DNA of 64,000 nucleotides. Origin: Octopus vulgaris (lineage: Eukaryota). Under the pieces are notes generated by a model. The model saw only the letters and a list, made by a program, of their open reading frames with translations, was not told where the DNA came from and did not search any database. The DNA is taken from contig OX597823.1 in the NCBI GenBank assembly GCA_951406725.2, positions 95,914,001-95,978,000 of the forward strand, given 5' to 3'. The position numbers were made by a program, and so were the translations under genes. Shown in pieces: positions 63,157 to 64,000 of the stretch (positions are counted from its first letter, which is position 1; the number at the start of each line of letters is the position of its first letter).

Positions 63157-64000
63157 ATCAAAAGTGTCCATTAAAATTTTAAGTTCATTTATGTTCCAAA
63201 CACCAGTTTTAATAATTTCAATAGTGTTTCACTGGTGAAATAAACTCTAGCAATGTTTTGCCCCATGCAGAAAGTGCAGGAGCCACTCACGGGTTTCACA
63301 AGCTCTTCTAAATCCATTGCAATGTTGGAAACCCTTCCCTGTTGTCAGCAGGTAAGTCAGGGTCACTAGCGGTTCGCCCCTTAGCCTGTGCACTTCACCT
63401 GAGTGGGGCAGCGACGACTGAGCTAGTCTACAAAAGAGTTCCATATGTGGTCTCTTATTCTTCATTATTTTCAAAGTTAATTGAGAAAATAGCTATGTGT
63501 TTCAATAGAAATATGGTAGTGAAAGCGTTAAAATACTTCTTTCCTAAGCGGAAGATGATAATTAAAAGCTCTGTTTCGCAGATACTAGTTTCTCTATCTT
63601 TTGAAACCAGACTTGATGGCTCTGCACTTAACAACAGTGAGCTTGTGTGTCAGATGGTACAGTCTGCTAATGAAATCCTATTTTTGTCATCCCCTTTGTA
63701 CATGCTTAAAGTTGAGGGGTTCAATTTATGAAAGAATTATTTCATATAAAATCTTCCTGAAAAAAAGAAAGAAAAAAGTGTTTTGTTACTTTTCCCCTAC
63801 CTATGTTTCTTTATTTTTTCTTTTTTTTCTCTCCGTTGAGCCTGTTTTAATATTTATATAATACAAATGCTGATTATGTTTCATAGATGGCATTTAGCTA
63901 GACATTTTCAAAAACCTGCTGAAGCTCTAATCCTTGTTAATGGCCTTAACTAGATTACATCTATTCTACTCACTCAGTTTGAAGCTGTTGTCTACTTTTT

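Overview
AT-rich, microsatellite- and SINE-dense animal genomic DNA. The repeat families look most like an octopus (coleoid cephalopod), which is an inference. The only clear host coding sequence is one 84-nt exon (62707-62790, +) of a formin-like gene (FMNL/Frl; [28 protein letters not shown]). No preceding coding exon was recognised, so most of the window is probably one very large intron, with a CpG-retaining, promoter-like zone in the first ~3 kb. The rest is mostly mobile DNA: (i) several tRNA-derived SINE families, including Nin-domain SINEs stacked head-to-tail in (AAT)n tracts; (ii) RTE-tail retroposons, one a 3.9-kb non-coding composite carrying nine near-identical 302/303-bp 5' monomers; (iii) three decayed Tc1/mariner transposons (DD37D maT-like, IR/DR Tc1-like, DD34D mariner); (iv) piggyBac- and hAT-type MITEs, plus Helitron- and Helentron-type non-autonomous elements; (v) an R4/Dong-like LINE fragment and Penelope-like termini. 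The most interesting signals are a complete type I hammerhead-ribozyme fold at 7357-7445, the monomer-array composite retroposon with its inverted relative, the (AAT)n-targeted SINE arrays next to a Dong-like fragment, and a 115-nt long hairpin. Nearly all ORFs in the supplied track are artefacts of low-complexity sequence. Boundaries of decayed repeats are approximate and were read by eye.
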